Assembly (NCBI GenBank): GCA_965242965.1
Contig: OZ251518.1
Location: forward strand, 4,736,001 to 4,800,000
DNA length: 64,000 nt
Origin: Candidatus Poribacteria bacterium
GTDB lineage: Bacteria; Poribacteria; WGA-4E; WGA-3G
Direction of reading: 5' to 3'
Shown here: piece by piece, positions 10,246 to 19,345 of the stretch
Layout: every line of letters begins with the position of its first letter
Numbering within the stretch: the stretch's first letter is position 1
Notes under the pieces: generated by a model
The model's input: the letters and a program-made list of their open reading frames with translations, nothing else
What the model was told of the DNA's origin: nothing
Databases searched by the model: none
Made by a program: the position numbers and the translations under genes

Positions 10246-10857
10246 GGATCTTTATCTCCTAACTGATTTTTCTGCGTAACATTCCATCAGAAGCGTTACC
10301 CAGAATCAGGTTAAAAACACCTGCCACCATCAGGTTGCTATCCCGTTACCCCCATCCCCTCGGTTCGCCCACACCATCAAAAATGCGCGAAGATAGTAAC
10401 CTGCACCGCCAAAAACGGCGCGCGGAAACTTATCACGCAGGCAAGAGTGGACAAATAGGGAAAATAAAACGGAAACGGTTGCAACCGAAGTGGCAGGGAA
10501 AACATGCACCGGGACCAAATTCCCGATGCAACGAAAATAACCCGCCACGCAAAGAATGCGTGCGGGATCGAAGACAACAAGACGACGAAAGTCGCCGCTG
10601 TCAAGTGAATAAACTTTGCTTAACGCCTGTGGGTGTCGGGGGGGGTCGAGCCTCCCCTCTGGGCATTAAGGTGAACGGGAACTCGTCGTGACGGCGCGAC
10701 AACGGGCATAGACGCACGGCAAGCGTGCATCTCTCGGTGCCCAAGCAGGTCTACGGTGACCTCGGTAGCAATGGAAAAAACAATTCGCTGGTTCACGGTA
10801 TCGTTCCTCTGTTCGGTTTCGCGGTGGCGCGTTTTTTTCGCGCGTATCACCACGTTT
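10246..10857 (-). ncRNA. Candidate ~600-nt structured RNA or 5' leader
   Basis: Downstream of three consensus promoters; many helices whose G-U wobbles mostly form only on the minus strand. Confidence 0.6.
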
Positions 10858-10863
10858 GCATTA

Positions 10864-11037
10864 ATGATACATGAAAATGCAATAAATGTCAAACATTTTT
10901 CGCGAAAAATCGTGGAAATGTTCACAATTAACCACATTCTATAGGAATTTCGGTTTTTTGTCAACGTTTTTCTACGAAAAATCGCCAAAAATGTTTAAAA
11001 CTGAGTCTATTTTAGCAAATGTCGCGTTTTTTGTCAA
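10864..11037 (-). promoter_or_regulatory. Three tandem sigma70 promoters
   Basis: TTGACA(10892-87)-17-TATCAT; TTGACA(10964-59)-17-TAGAAT; TTGACA(11037-32)-17-TAAAAT. Confidence 0.85.
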
Positions 11038-11089
11038 GGTTATTTCGCGAAAAAAACGCTGTTATTTCGCGAAAAAAACGCTGCTGCTA

Positions 11090-11565
11090 CCGTAGCGCGG
11101 GGGCCTGTCCCCCGCGATCTACCGACCTAAACGAAAACCGTCCGCAGCCCAGAGACTACGAACGGTTTCTGTGACAATCTAGGCACGGCGAGGGACAGGC
11201 CCTCGCCCTACGGTGCTCGGCGCGGTTTTCTACGTTTCACCGTAGCGCGGGGGCCTGTCCCCCGCGATCTACCGACCTAAACGAAAACCGTCCGCAGCCC
11301 AGAGGCCACGAACGGTTTCTGTGACGAACGAGGCACGGCGAGGGACAGGCCCTCGCCCTACGGGTCGGCGGCACGGTTTGGATAGCCAGAAAATAAAACG
11401 CACATTAAGGTCTTACAGACCTAAAGAGACGTTTCCGCGCAATAAAAACCTCTAATCCTGCTAATCTTGAAAATCTTGGAAATCCTGCTCATATTCGGCG
11501 AGGGACAGGCCCTCGCCCTACGGGAACCCCTGAACGCATCGAGACCAGGAGGTCTCTCCTACGGG
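11090..11565. repeat. REPIN cluster
   Basis: Two near-identical inverted REP pairs (11091-11212, 11241-11362), similar to 3820-3970. Confidence 0.9.
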
Positions 11566-11577
11566 GGAAGGAGGATA

Positions 11578-13020
11578 TCAAAATTCTCTCTTAATCCCAA
11601 ACATCACTGACGTTTTATGAATCGGTTCAAATCCCGTTTCAACGCGACGGAAGCGGTATTCTCGGAGGATAATCGTCTCTAGCGGCGGATAAATCGCATA
11701 GCGGAGCTCTACGCTGAACGCTGACTTTTCATCCAAGTCAAACAGATCTCCGAAGAAGTTGGTATCTCCACCTTCGCCGATGTCTCGCTTGGTATAGAAC
11801 GCCCGCGCAGATAACCGCGGGACTACCCCCGATTCCGTGATACCGATATAGAGTTTCGGCTCGCCATCGGTGTAATCCTCAAACGTGCCTAAAAAATAGA
11901 ATTGCGGCAACGGCTGCCAGATCAGTTGCGAAAAATAGCCGCGTCGCGCAGCGGTGTCCGTATCCGCGCCTAAAAACTGCGGCACATTTGTCCTCGGCAA
12001 ACCTATCTTCGCCGATTCATAAGTATAATCAAACACGGAAGGAATGTATCCATCGCTGAAGAGGCGGTATTCAAGTTTGAAAACGGCTTGCGTCCACGCA
12101 AACCCTACGCCGACAGCATTTCCCCACGTGAGTCTCGTTCCTCCGGTAGGAGAGACCTCCTGGTCTCGATTCCCCCCAGTAGGAGAGACCTCCTGGTCTC
12201 GATTAAGAGAAACCCCCCGGTCTCGATTAGGCGCATCCTCCCGATCTCGATTTTCGCCTGTATTCAAAAAAACGACATCGTCATACACATTCAACCGAAA
12301 CGTGCCGGTCTCGAAAATCGGAAACCCGACATCAGCCCCCAGCGCGATGAGTGGTTCCTCGCCAATTTCCTGCACATTCGCATCGATGTCGGTAAGATAG
12401 GTAGCACCTACTTCAAATCGGGTGAAGAGACTGTTATTTTCGGCGCGTTGAAAGGGCCGGAAAAACGCGCGTCCGCCAAAGATTGTCGGCGCGCCAATAT
12501 CGTTGAGCATCGTCTCAACGCCGTATCGGTTGTCGGAACTTCTGAGGTTTAGCTGCACGCCGCGCCTATCGTAGTTGGAATAGCCGGACATGATCGAACC
12601 GTGCCCAATGGTCAGATAGTCCAATTCCCCGAAACGGAAATGGAACGGCTCATTCGGTTGTCCATAACGGATATAGCGGATGAGCCGCAGCCACGTGCTA
12701 GGATTATTCCAATCTTCGGCATCTTCGGCGAGGAATCGGGGTTCATCGGTTTCAGCGAACGGATTGTAAAGCACCACCAAGTCCAATCCGAGTCCGAGTG
12801 CGCCGATGGGGATATCGGGTTGCAGCTGAATCTGAAGGAACGGATTGCTGTCAATAAAGGTTAGGCCGCCCCCATCTAAACCGCCTTTTGCGAAGGGACG
12901 TGTTTCTACCGCGCCCGTTAGCAATTCCTCTTCCTCCATCGGCGCATCTTGTGCGTAAATGTGAGCGGCGAGCGCGAAAATCAGAACGCCAATCGCAACC
13001 CATTTCTTCGTTTTCCTCAT
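11578..13020 (-). CDS. Hypothetical exported/outer-membrane beta-rich protein with in-frame REP insertion
   Basis: Signal peptide, C-terminal F, LRYIRYGQP...RFGEL segment; start overlaps the ABC ATPase stop. Confidence 0.75.
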   Translation of the reverse strand: MRKTKKWVAIGVLIFALAAHIYAQDAPMEEEELLTGAVETRPFAKGGLDGGGLTFIDSNPFLQIQLQPDIPIGALGLGLDLVVLYNPFAETDEPRFLAEDAEDWNNPSTWLRLIRYIRYGQPNEPFHFRFGELDYLTIGHGSIMSGYSNYDRRGVQLNLRSSDNRYGVETMLNDIGAPTIFGGRAFFRPFQRAENNSLFTRFEVGATYLTDIDANVQEIGEEPLIALGADVGFPIFETGTFRLNVYDDVVFLNTGENRDREDAPNRDRGVSLNRDQEVSPTGGNRDQEVSPTGGTRLTWGNAVGVGFAWTQAVFKLEYRLFSDGYIPSVFDYTYESAKIGLPRTNVPQFLGADTDTAARRGYFSQLIWQPLPQFYFLGTFEDYTDGEPKLYIGITESGVVPRLSARAFYTKRDIGEGGDTNFFGDLFDLDEKSAFSVELRYAIYPPLETIILREYRFRRVETGFEPIHKTSVMFGIKREF

Positions 13021-13772
13021 GCGACAATCCTTCCGTCTTTCATGTGGATAACCCGGTCTGCGTTCGCCTTCAACCCTTCGTGGTGTGTCACGATGGCGAT
13101 GGTAGTCTGGTGTTCTTGGCGCAGTTCTTGGATGAGATTCATCAGGTTATCGCTTTGGCGGCTGTCAAGGTTCGCGGTGGGTTCATCGGCGAAGATGATT
13201 TTCGGACGGTTGGCGAGGGCGCGCGCAAAAGAGACGCGCTGTTTCTCGCCGCCAGACAACTGCGCAGGCCGGTGATGGAAGCGTTCTGCTAACCCGACTT
13301 GCGTTAACAATTCTTGTGCGCGGTTCGCGGCTTCCTCGGTGTTTGTTCGCGCAATGTCCATCGCAACCATCACGTTTTCTAGTGCGGTGAGGTAGGGCAA
13401 AAGATGGAACAGTTGGAAGACAAACCCGATTTTCTCGCGGCGGATTTGGCTCATGTCGTGTCGGGAGGGGAATCGAGACCGGGAGGTCTCTCCTACGGGG
13501 CCGGAGGGATCCCCTGCCGAGGGGAGTCGAGACCGGGAGGTCTCTCCTACCGAGGAGATGGTTTCACCATCAATGCGGAGTTCGCCTTCATCAGGCGTTA
13601 AGATACAGCCGAGGAGGCTAATCAGCGTCGTCTTGCCGCAGCCGCTGTCGCCCATAATCATCACCAATTCGCTTGCTTGAATAGTGATGTCCACCGAATC
13701 AATCGCAACGACGGTGGCATCACCGGTGCCGAAGCGTTTGGTTAAGTTTGTGCCTTCTACGATTGCCGCCAT
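13017..13772 (-). CDS. LolD/MacB-type ABC transporter ATP-binding protein with in-frame REP insertion
   Basis: GDSGCGKTT, IGFVFQ, LSGGEKQR, ADEPTANLD. Confidence 0.9.
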   Translation of the reverse strand: MAAIVEGTNLTKRFGTGDATVVAIDSVDITIQASELVMIMGDSGCGKTTLISLLGCILTPDEGELRIDGETISSVGETSRSRLPSAGDPSGPVGETSRSRFPSRHDMSQIRREKIGFVFQLFHLLPYLTALENVMVAMDIARTNTEEAANRAQELLTQVGLAERFHHRPAQLSGGEKQRVSFARALANRPKIIFADEPTANLDSRQSDNLMNLIQELRQEHQTTIAIVTHHEGLKANADRVIHMKDGRIVA

Positions 13773-13785
13773 TATGTTTTCCTCA

Positions 13786-14916
13786 CTAGAGCTCACCCCT
13801 GAACGCTATCATCGGATCGACGGTGATTGCCTTCCGTGCCGCTAAATAGCCGCTCAGGCAGCACACAATCAGACTAATCCCTGCCACGATGAGCGATTCC
13901 ACAAAGTGAATTGCGACGAAAATCGGGGCTGCCGCCGCGAAAAGATATGCCAGAACCAGGCCGCACAAAACGCCGCTCACCGAGATCAGCGCGACCTGCT
14001 TCAGGAGCAGGGACATCACGTATCCGTTTGACGCGCCGATCGCTTTCAGCACGCCGATCTCCTGCGTCTTCTCAAGCATCGTGACGTAGGTAATCATGCC
14101 GACGAGAAGTCCCGCCGCCAGCCAAAGCATGACGCGCAGGAATTGCACCGCTTTCATCGGTTCATTGACATAATACTCGATGATGTCTCCGAGTGTCTGT
14201 TTCAAAGTGCGCGCCTCAATGGTCTCAAGCGAATCCAAATCGGAGGCGAGTTGCGATGCGGGTTGATTTTCGGTTGTTTTAGCAATCATCATGTTGACAT
14301 GCGGCGAATTGCCGAGCAACACTTTCTGCGCGATGCGGACATCCGTGAAGAGCAGCGGCGTATCCAAAACGAACATCAGACTTTTCGCCTTGCCGACTAC
14401 CCGCAGTTTCTCGTTGCCGATGGAAATCTGTTCGCCGATTTCCAGTCCCATCTTTTCGTCAACAACCACCTCAAACGGTGCCTGGTCTTCGGGACGATAG
14501 TCGTCGAACTGGCTCGGCGTGAACAGTCTCCCCTCAATCACCCGCTTCGGGCCGCCGAGTTTTCCCAATTTATAGCCGACGATGATTGCTTTCGTCGATT
14601 TCCCTCGGACCGTTGGGCGCGCCTGCGCGAAAACCAGCGGCGAAGCAGAATCCGGCACTAAGCCAGGTGACGAATTTAACCACGCCATGTATTCCTCAAT
14701 GACGAGGGAGAACCCGATGAAGGCACCGCCAGAACCTTCGGCGGAAATCCAGACGTTAGCACCGGTGGATTCCACGTATTGCCGCGCTTGGATACGCATG
14801 CCGTTCATGATGCCGCCCAATAATAGAATGAGCGACATCAGCACGGTGATGCCGAGTGCTGTCAGCACGACGCGTGCCCGGCGGTATCGCATGTCTTTAA
14901 GGAATAAGGTTTTCAT
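13786..14916 (-). CDS. MacB/FtsX-type ABC transporter permease
   Basis: N-terminal TM, periplasmic domain, EIGVLKAIGAS, C-terminal TMs; alternative start at 14937. Confidence 0.9.
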   Translation of the reverse strand: MKTLFLKDMRYRRARVVLTALGITVLMSLILLLGGIMNGMRIQARQYVESTGANVWISAEGSGGAFIGFSLVIEEYMAWLNSSPGLVPDSASPLVFAQARPTVRGKSTKAIIVGYKLGKLGGPKRVIEGRLFTPSQFDDYRPEDQAPFEVVVDEKMGLEIGEQISIGNEKLRVVGKAKSLMFVLDTPLLFTDVRIAQKVLLGNSPHVNMMIAKTTENQPASQLASDLDSLETIEARTLKQTLGDIIEYYVNEPMKAVQFLRVMLWLAAGLLVGMITYVTMLEKTQEIGVLKAIGASNGYVMSLLLKQVALISVSGVLCGLVLAYLFAAAAPIFVAIHFVESLIVAGISLIVCCLSGYLAARKAITVDPMIAFRGEL

Positions 14917-14978
14917 TTTTTCTACCAGGTCTGTCATCGCCGTTGGCGATGCCTACGTTCTTGTGATTTCTTCAACTG

Positions 14979-15215
14979 CTACTGGGCGCATTTCCGATCT
15001 TCATGGATTAAAGTATCCACAAACGCTTCGCGCTCATCCTCGGTCATCGCGTCCCAATCCAACTCCCGCGACGCGCAGAGTCGGCGAAGTTGTAATTCGG
15101 CATAGTCCATCAGAGCCGTGCGTTTAGGAAGTTCGGGCCCCGCATGCGCAATCGGGCGCGCGGGCTCCTTCCTCAACGGCATCTGTTCAACCTTCCATTT
15201 TGTTGTTAAATCCAT
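14979..15215 (-). pseudogene. Antitoxin-like protein remnant
   Basis: YAELQLRRLCASRELDWDAMTEDEREAFVDTLIHEDR resembles small proteins recalled as upstream partners of PIN toxins; overlapped by a 12-codon MRPVAVEEITRT* stub. Confidence 0.4.
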
Positions 15216-15226
15216 GACGTTTAAGT

Positions 15227-15742
15227 CAGGGTATTTCATAAATCCGTGTAGGAGAAACCTCCCGGTCTCGATGCAATAGGGCGGCGCGCCTACCGGGGCC
15301 GCGCAGGCAGAAAGTCTCCCTTCATCGTAGGGCGAGGGCCTGTCCCTCGCCATGCGTTTTGCTGCCAGACCGCCTTACCCCTGTAGGTCAGGATCGCCTG
15401 ATCCTGACCCGTTTGTGATCAGGCGAGCACAAACTACAGATGGGGAAACACACATCGTGACGATGGGGCTCGCGGGGGACAGGCCCCCGCGCTACGATAA
15501 AGAATGCCCCCCTCACCGTAGGGCGAGGGCCCTCGGATGCCACACGCGCAGGCGAGCGGGTTTCCCTCGCTATCGCTCGCGCAATCCAACGCTCGCGGGG
15601 GACAGGCCCCCGCGCTACGGGAACATCGAGACCCGAGGTCTCTCCTACCGAGAAGACATCAAGACCGGAGGGCTCTCCTACCGAGAAGACATCAAGACCG
15701 GAGGGCTCTCCTACCGAACGCATCGAAATATGAAACACCCTC
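15227..15742. mobile_element. MITE-like element with 14-bp TIRs and REP cargo
   Basis: CAGGGTATTTCATA...TATGAAACACCCTC flanked by an AGT direct repeat. Confidence 0.7.
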
Positions 15743-15787
15743 AGTTAAATCCACGACGTTAAAACCTCTAATAAGTGGCGTTCATTG

Positions 15788-16678
15788 TTAGGACGCGGCA
15801 AGCCGCTCATGCATCGTCTGACGTTTCCGACGGTGCAATTGGACATGCGATTGATATGTTCCCACATCCTCCTCCGTTCCCGTTTCACGTTCTAAAAAGA
15901 GCGGGAAATCGGACGCGGGCGGCTTCGCGTTGTGATACGCATGGCTATAACTTCGCATAATAATGCGCTGCTCTCGGTTCAACGTCTCCAGCCATTCTGG
16001 CGACGAATGAAACCGGTCAGCCGGCGTAACCCACGATGGACAATACGCGATGAAAATGTTATAGCGCACCACATCGCTTTCGTTCGGTTCAACGCGATGC
16101 CAGATGCTTGAATGCATCACCGTCATCGTGCCTTTGCGCGGACAGACGATTTTCTCGCCGGGAATGCTCTTGTGCGTATCGTAGCCGTCCATATATTGAT
16201 GACGATGGCTACCCGGTAGCACGACCAAATTGCCCATCTTCTCACGCGGCAAATCGGTGAGCCAATACCCGATTTTGATTTGCAACGGCAACTTTGGTGA
16301 AAACACGCCGTAGGGGAGAGCCCGCGCGCCATCGGGATGCCATTGGTTATACTGCTTGCCGCCGGGTGGACGCAGGAAAAACTGGCTCTGATGGAGTTTC
16401 AGCAGTTCGCCGAACAAATCGTAGGCGAAACCGACGTGCCGCCGATGATCGATCAAGTCAGCGAAAACCGCATCGCGTTCAACAATGTTCTCCAGCCCCA
16501 GATACCCGCCTTTGGTATACTTTGGATGCTTCGCCGCCACCCGGTCGATCGCGTCAATATAGGCATCGCTCTCGTCTTCGGAAAGCGCGTCCTCAATGAA
16601 GATGATGCCGTCTTCGTTAAACGTTTGCCACTGCGCGGGGGTGAACCCTGGCGGTGCATCGCGATAATTGTTTTCCAT
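15788..16678 (-). CDS. Phytanoyl-CoA dioxygenase (PhyH) family 2OG-Fe(II) oxygenase
   Basis: WHPD, GNLVVLPGSH, IWHR...N...R motifs. Confidence 0.9.
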   Translation of the reverse strand: MENNYRDAPPGFTPAQWQTFNEDGIIFIEDALSEDESDAYIDAIDRVAAKHPKYTKGGYLGLENIVERDAVFADLIDHRRHVGFAYDLFGELLKLHQSQFFLRPPGGKQYNQWHPDGARALPYGVFSPKLPLQIKIGYWLTDLPREKMGNLVVLPGSHRHQYMDGYDTHKSIPGEKIVCPRKGTMTVMHSSIWHRVEPNESDVVRYNIFIAYCPSWVTPADRFHSSPEWLETLNREQRIIMRSYSHAYHNAKPPASDFPLFLERETGTEEDVGTYQSHVQLHRRKRQTMHERLAAS

Positions 16679-16724
16679 GGTTGGATCCTCTTAAGCATCG
16701 CACAGGCGATTGCTTCTATAACCC

Positions 16725-19274
16725 CTATTTCTTTTTGCCGAAATGGTTGGCAATCTGCACCAGATCCAAAATATTGACGGTGCCATCGGCGTTGATATCA
16801 GCGTTGGGATTTGGATTAGGCGCGCCCGGATTCCCAATTTCTTGCGCAACTTGCACCAAATCCTGAATATTTACCTCGCCATCTTCATTCAGGTCGTATT
16901 GAGCAGTAGATGCGGTGGTGGCATCGTCTACCTCAAAGCGAAGGGTTTCCGTAAAATCCACCCGAAGAGTGTTCTCTGCTTTATCCCGCACTGTCATCTC
17001 AGCAAGTCCCCATGTGCCGGGGATACTCCCAACCGGTAAAATAATCGTTTGATGGTAGTCGTGATAGACAGTCGGATCTCCGGAAAAATAGACCTGATAA
17101 AAATCCGGTCCGTAATGTCTAAAGAAATGTGTCACACCCTGCGGGTCGCGCAAATACATCGCGTTTGCCGCATAGCCACTGATATTATCCTTAACGCGAA
17201 ACTTAATGTCAACCCGCGTTTCCCCATTTGGTGCTTCAGGTTGCGTCGGTTCTGCGTGAATGCGAATCCTGTTCACATCCAGCACCGGCGGGGTGACATC
17301 CGGACGTGTCGTTACGATATCAATGGTAGCCGGAGGTTCATCAATTACCACCTGTTCGTCCCTCAGAGCGTGCCCTGGGTTCGTAAAGTAGACTCCTCTC
17401 TCGTTTAAGGCAACATCCACCATTGCGATATAAGGGACAGTGTAACTCCCGCTAGGGAGGTAATCAGGCACTTTAAGTTGAACGCTGGCCACGCCAGTCT
17501 CTGGATGATATTCACCCCATTCCTCGGCGCGCCGAGAGTAGGTTTCAGTGCTTGCATCGTTCAATTGCGCATAGACTCCGCTGATACCGGTTTCTTCAAA
17601 AATCCGCCAAGAGACGGTGAGAATTTGGAGAGGTCTTCCGGCTTCAGATGCTTTTGACAAACTGAGGCGCATTGAATTTTTGACGTAATCTGGCGGTTCA
17701 TCATCCGCCAAAGGGTTGTTGACGTAGAGTTTCCACCCGAAATCGACTTGGGATTCGTGCCGTTCATTGCCTTGGGCATCCCGGAGAGTAATTGCGTCCG
17801 GTGCCCAATAGCCATTTGCCGCGTAACGCGACAACGTCTCCCATCCGCGCAAGGTGTGCCCCGCATGAACCCGCTGTCCATCTGCGCTGACTGGGTAAAC
17901 CCATAAGTCAAAGAAGGTGCCTTTATCACTAAAAACCCTGATGGGAGCCGCTTGCGCGGCATCAAACTTACCTTCTCTGTGAAGTTCTAACTCTACGATT
18001 ATCTTTTTATCTTCTTCAGGTGCCCCGTGAACCTGTATATCCACCCGAATAATCCGTCCTGGATAGACGACATCGGGATACAGATTGTAGACCTCAAACG
18101 TCAAATCTGGGCGGATGCGCGAGATATAACGGGTCCCGTGCATAATCCGATTCTGAATAAAAGTGTATTTGGCCGGTGCGCGCGACCGTAATTTATCCGG
18201 GTTGACGACGTAAAAACTGATGCTCTCTGCCATGTCTTCATTCGGATTTTTTGCGTGCGCGTAGGCAGATACGAACTCAGTCTGCTTGGTAGTAGCCCAG
18301 CCATCGGCATCCTCCGGGCTCTCATACCAGCCGCCCAGTTGGATCCAATCTTGCTTGAGCCGCCGGTCGAATAGGTTTGCCCACAAAAAGTGTGCCTTTT
18401 CATGCAAAATCAACCGGTGAATATAGCCGGCATTTTGCCCTTTAAAAGCGGATTCCATGAACTCAATGTAGCCGTTCTCCGGCCACGCGACCGCGGGTGC
18501 GCCCGGATAAAGCGGATGCGGGGTTCCATCTAGCCGCCGTACCAGATATTTCAGTCCCGGAGTTTTGTGCATTCCTTGGGGAAATTCCTCCAGCATCGTG
18601 ACAAGCGCGATGAGCTCTTCTGCCTTGAAAATTGTAAAGCGTCCCGCGTGTTCAGCAGTCGTGGCTTGGGTGAGTTTGCTATAATTCGGAACGTCTAAAC
18701 TCACACCGTAGCGTTCCCGCAATATCCGTTCAATAGCGTAGTTGTCCGTTCCATCTTGTGTGACGAACCTCACTACAGCATGATGAAGCCTTTTTGAGAA
18801 GAACCTACCCCTCACGCCATCAATCTCGGCTAACAGGGGTTCGGCATACGTAAGTGCCGCTTCCGCAATTGTGACAATTCTCAGGCCGTTCTGAAATTCA
18901 ACTGCAATGTCATTTTGAATATGCCGTTGGCTCAATCTCCACAAAGTCGGCTGCACTGTGGAGTCACTGGCGTAAAAATCGTTCATCGGTTGCGGAACGG
19001 ACTCGAAGGTTTGGAATAACCGATAAGCCTGCCCCGCGCTCCATTCAGGACCGAGGTAAACAGAATATCGTCTCATCAACTGCAAAGATGCACTGTGCGC
19101 CGGAACCTGCACCGGTTCGTCTACCAATCTAACTTGCACAGGTTGAATGAGACTCGCGCTTTCAGTTCCTTGCGGGGTGGCATCTATCTCCCAAGAATAG
19201 GTATAAGCACCACTTTGAAAAACAATACCGCAAAAAAGGAGAGCCGAAATCAGCGTCAGTTGCAGGGTTTTCAT
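16725..19274 (-). CDS. Secreted HExxH zinc metallopeptidase-like protein with C-terminal dockerin-like domain
   Basis: Signal peptide MKTLQLTLI; LHEKAH and VSAYA...EDMAE; DLNEDGEVNIQDL and DINADGTVNILDL. Confidence 0.75.
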   Translation of the reverse strand: MKTLQLTLISALLFCGIVFQSGAYTYSWEIDATPQGTESASLIQPVQVRLVDEPVQVPAHSASLQLMRRYSVYLGPEWSAGQAYRLFQTFESVPQPMNDFYASDSTVQPTLWRLSQRHIQNDIAVEFQNGLRIVTIAEAALTYAEPLLAEIDGVRGRFFSKRLHHAVVRFVTQDGTDNYAIERILRERYGVSLDVPNYSKLTQATTAEHAGRFTIFKAEELIALVTMLEEFPQGMHKTPGLKYLVRRLDGTPHPLYPGAPAVAWPENGYIEFMESAFKGQNAGYIHRLILHEKAHFLWANLFDRRLKQDWIQLGGWYESPEDADGWATTKQTEFVSAYAHAKNPNEDMAESISFYVVNPDKLRSRAPAKYTFIQNRIMHGTRYISRIRPDLTFEVYNLYPDVVYPGRIIRVDIQVHGAPEEDKKIIVELELHREGKFDAAQAAPIRVFSDKGTFFDLWVYPVSADGQRVHAGHTLRGWETLSRYAANGYWAPDAITLRDAQGNERHESQVDFGWKLYVNNPLADDEPPDYVKNSMRLSLSKASEAGRPLQILTVSWRIFEETGISGVYAQLNDASTETYSRRAEEWGEYHPETGVASVQLKVPDYLPSGSYTVPYIAMVDVALNERGVYFTNPGHALRDEQVVIDEPPATIDIVTTRPDVTPPVLDVNRIRIHAEPTQPEAPNGETRVDIKFRVKDNISGYAANAMYLRDPQGVTHFFRHYGPDFYQVYFSGDPTVYHDYHQTIILPVGSIPGTWGLAEMTVRDKAENTLRVDFTETLRFEVDDATTASTAQYDLNEDGEVNIQDLVQVAQEIGNPGAPNPNPNADINADGTVNILDLVQIANHFGKKK

Positions 19275-19345
19275 CGTTTTCACCAGCTTTCGTAAGCCTG
19301 GGAGGCGGCGGCCATGGCATCTCACGTCCATGGCCGCCGTGACAA

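Noticed and set aside
10630-10660. tRNA-like T-arm (GGAGGCTCGACCCCCC on minus)
   Set aside because: The loop lacks TTC, the stem is mismatched, and there is no D-arm, anticodon arm or CCA
10246-10857. rRNA, RNase P RNA or tmRNA behind the triple promoter
   Set aside because: No 16S/23S conserved motifs, no GAGGAAAGUCC, and no tRNA-like ends with CCA are visible
15352-15791. Small ORFs rich in GDRPPRY/RGPVPR/GGQAPALR (also at 28521-29335, 42433-43079, 55083-55589)
   Set aside because: Spurious frames through REP clusters
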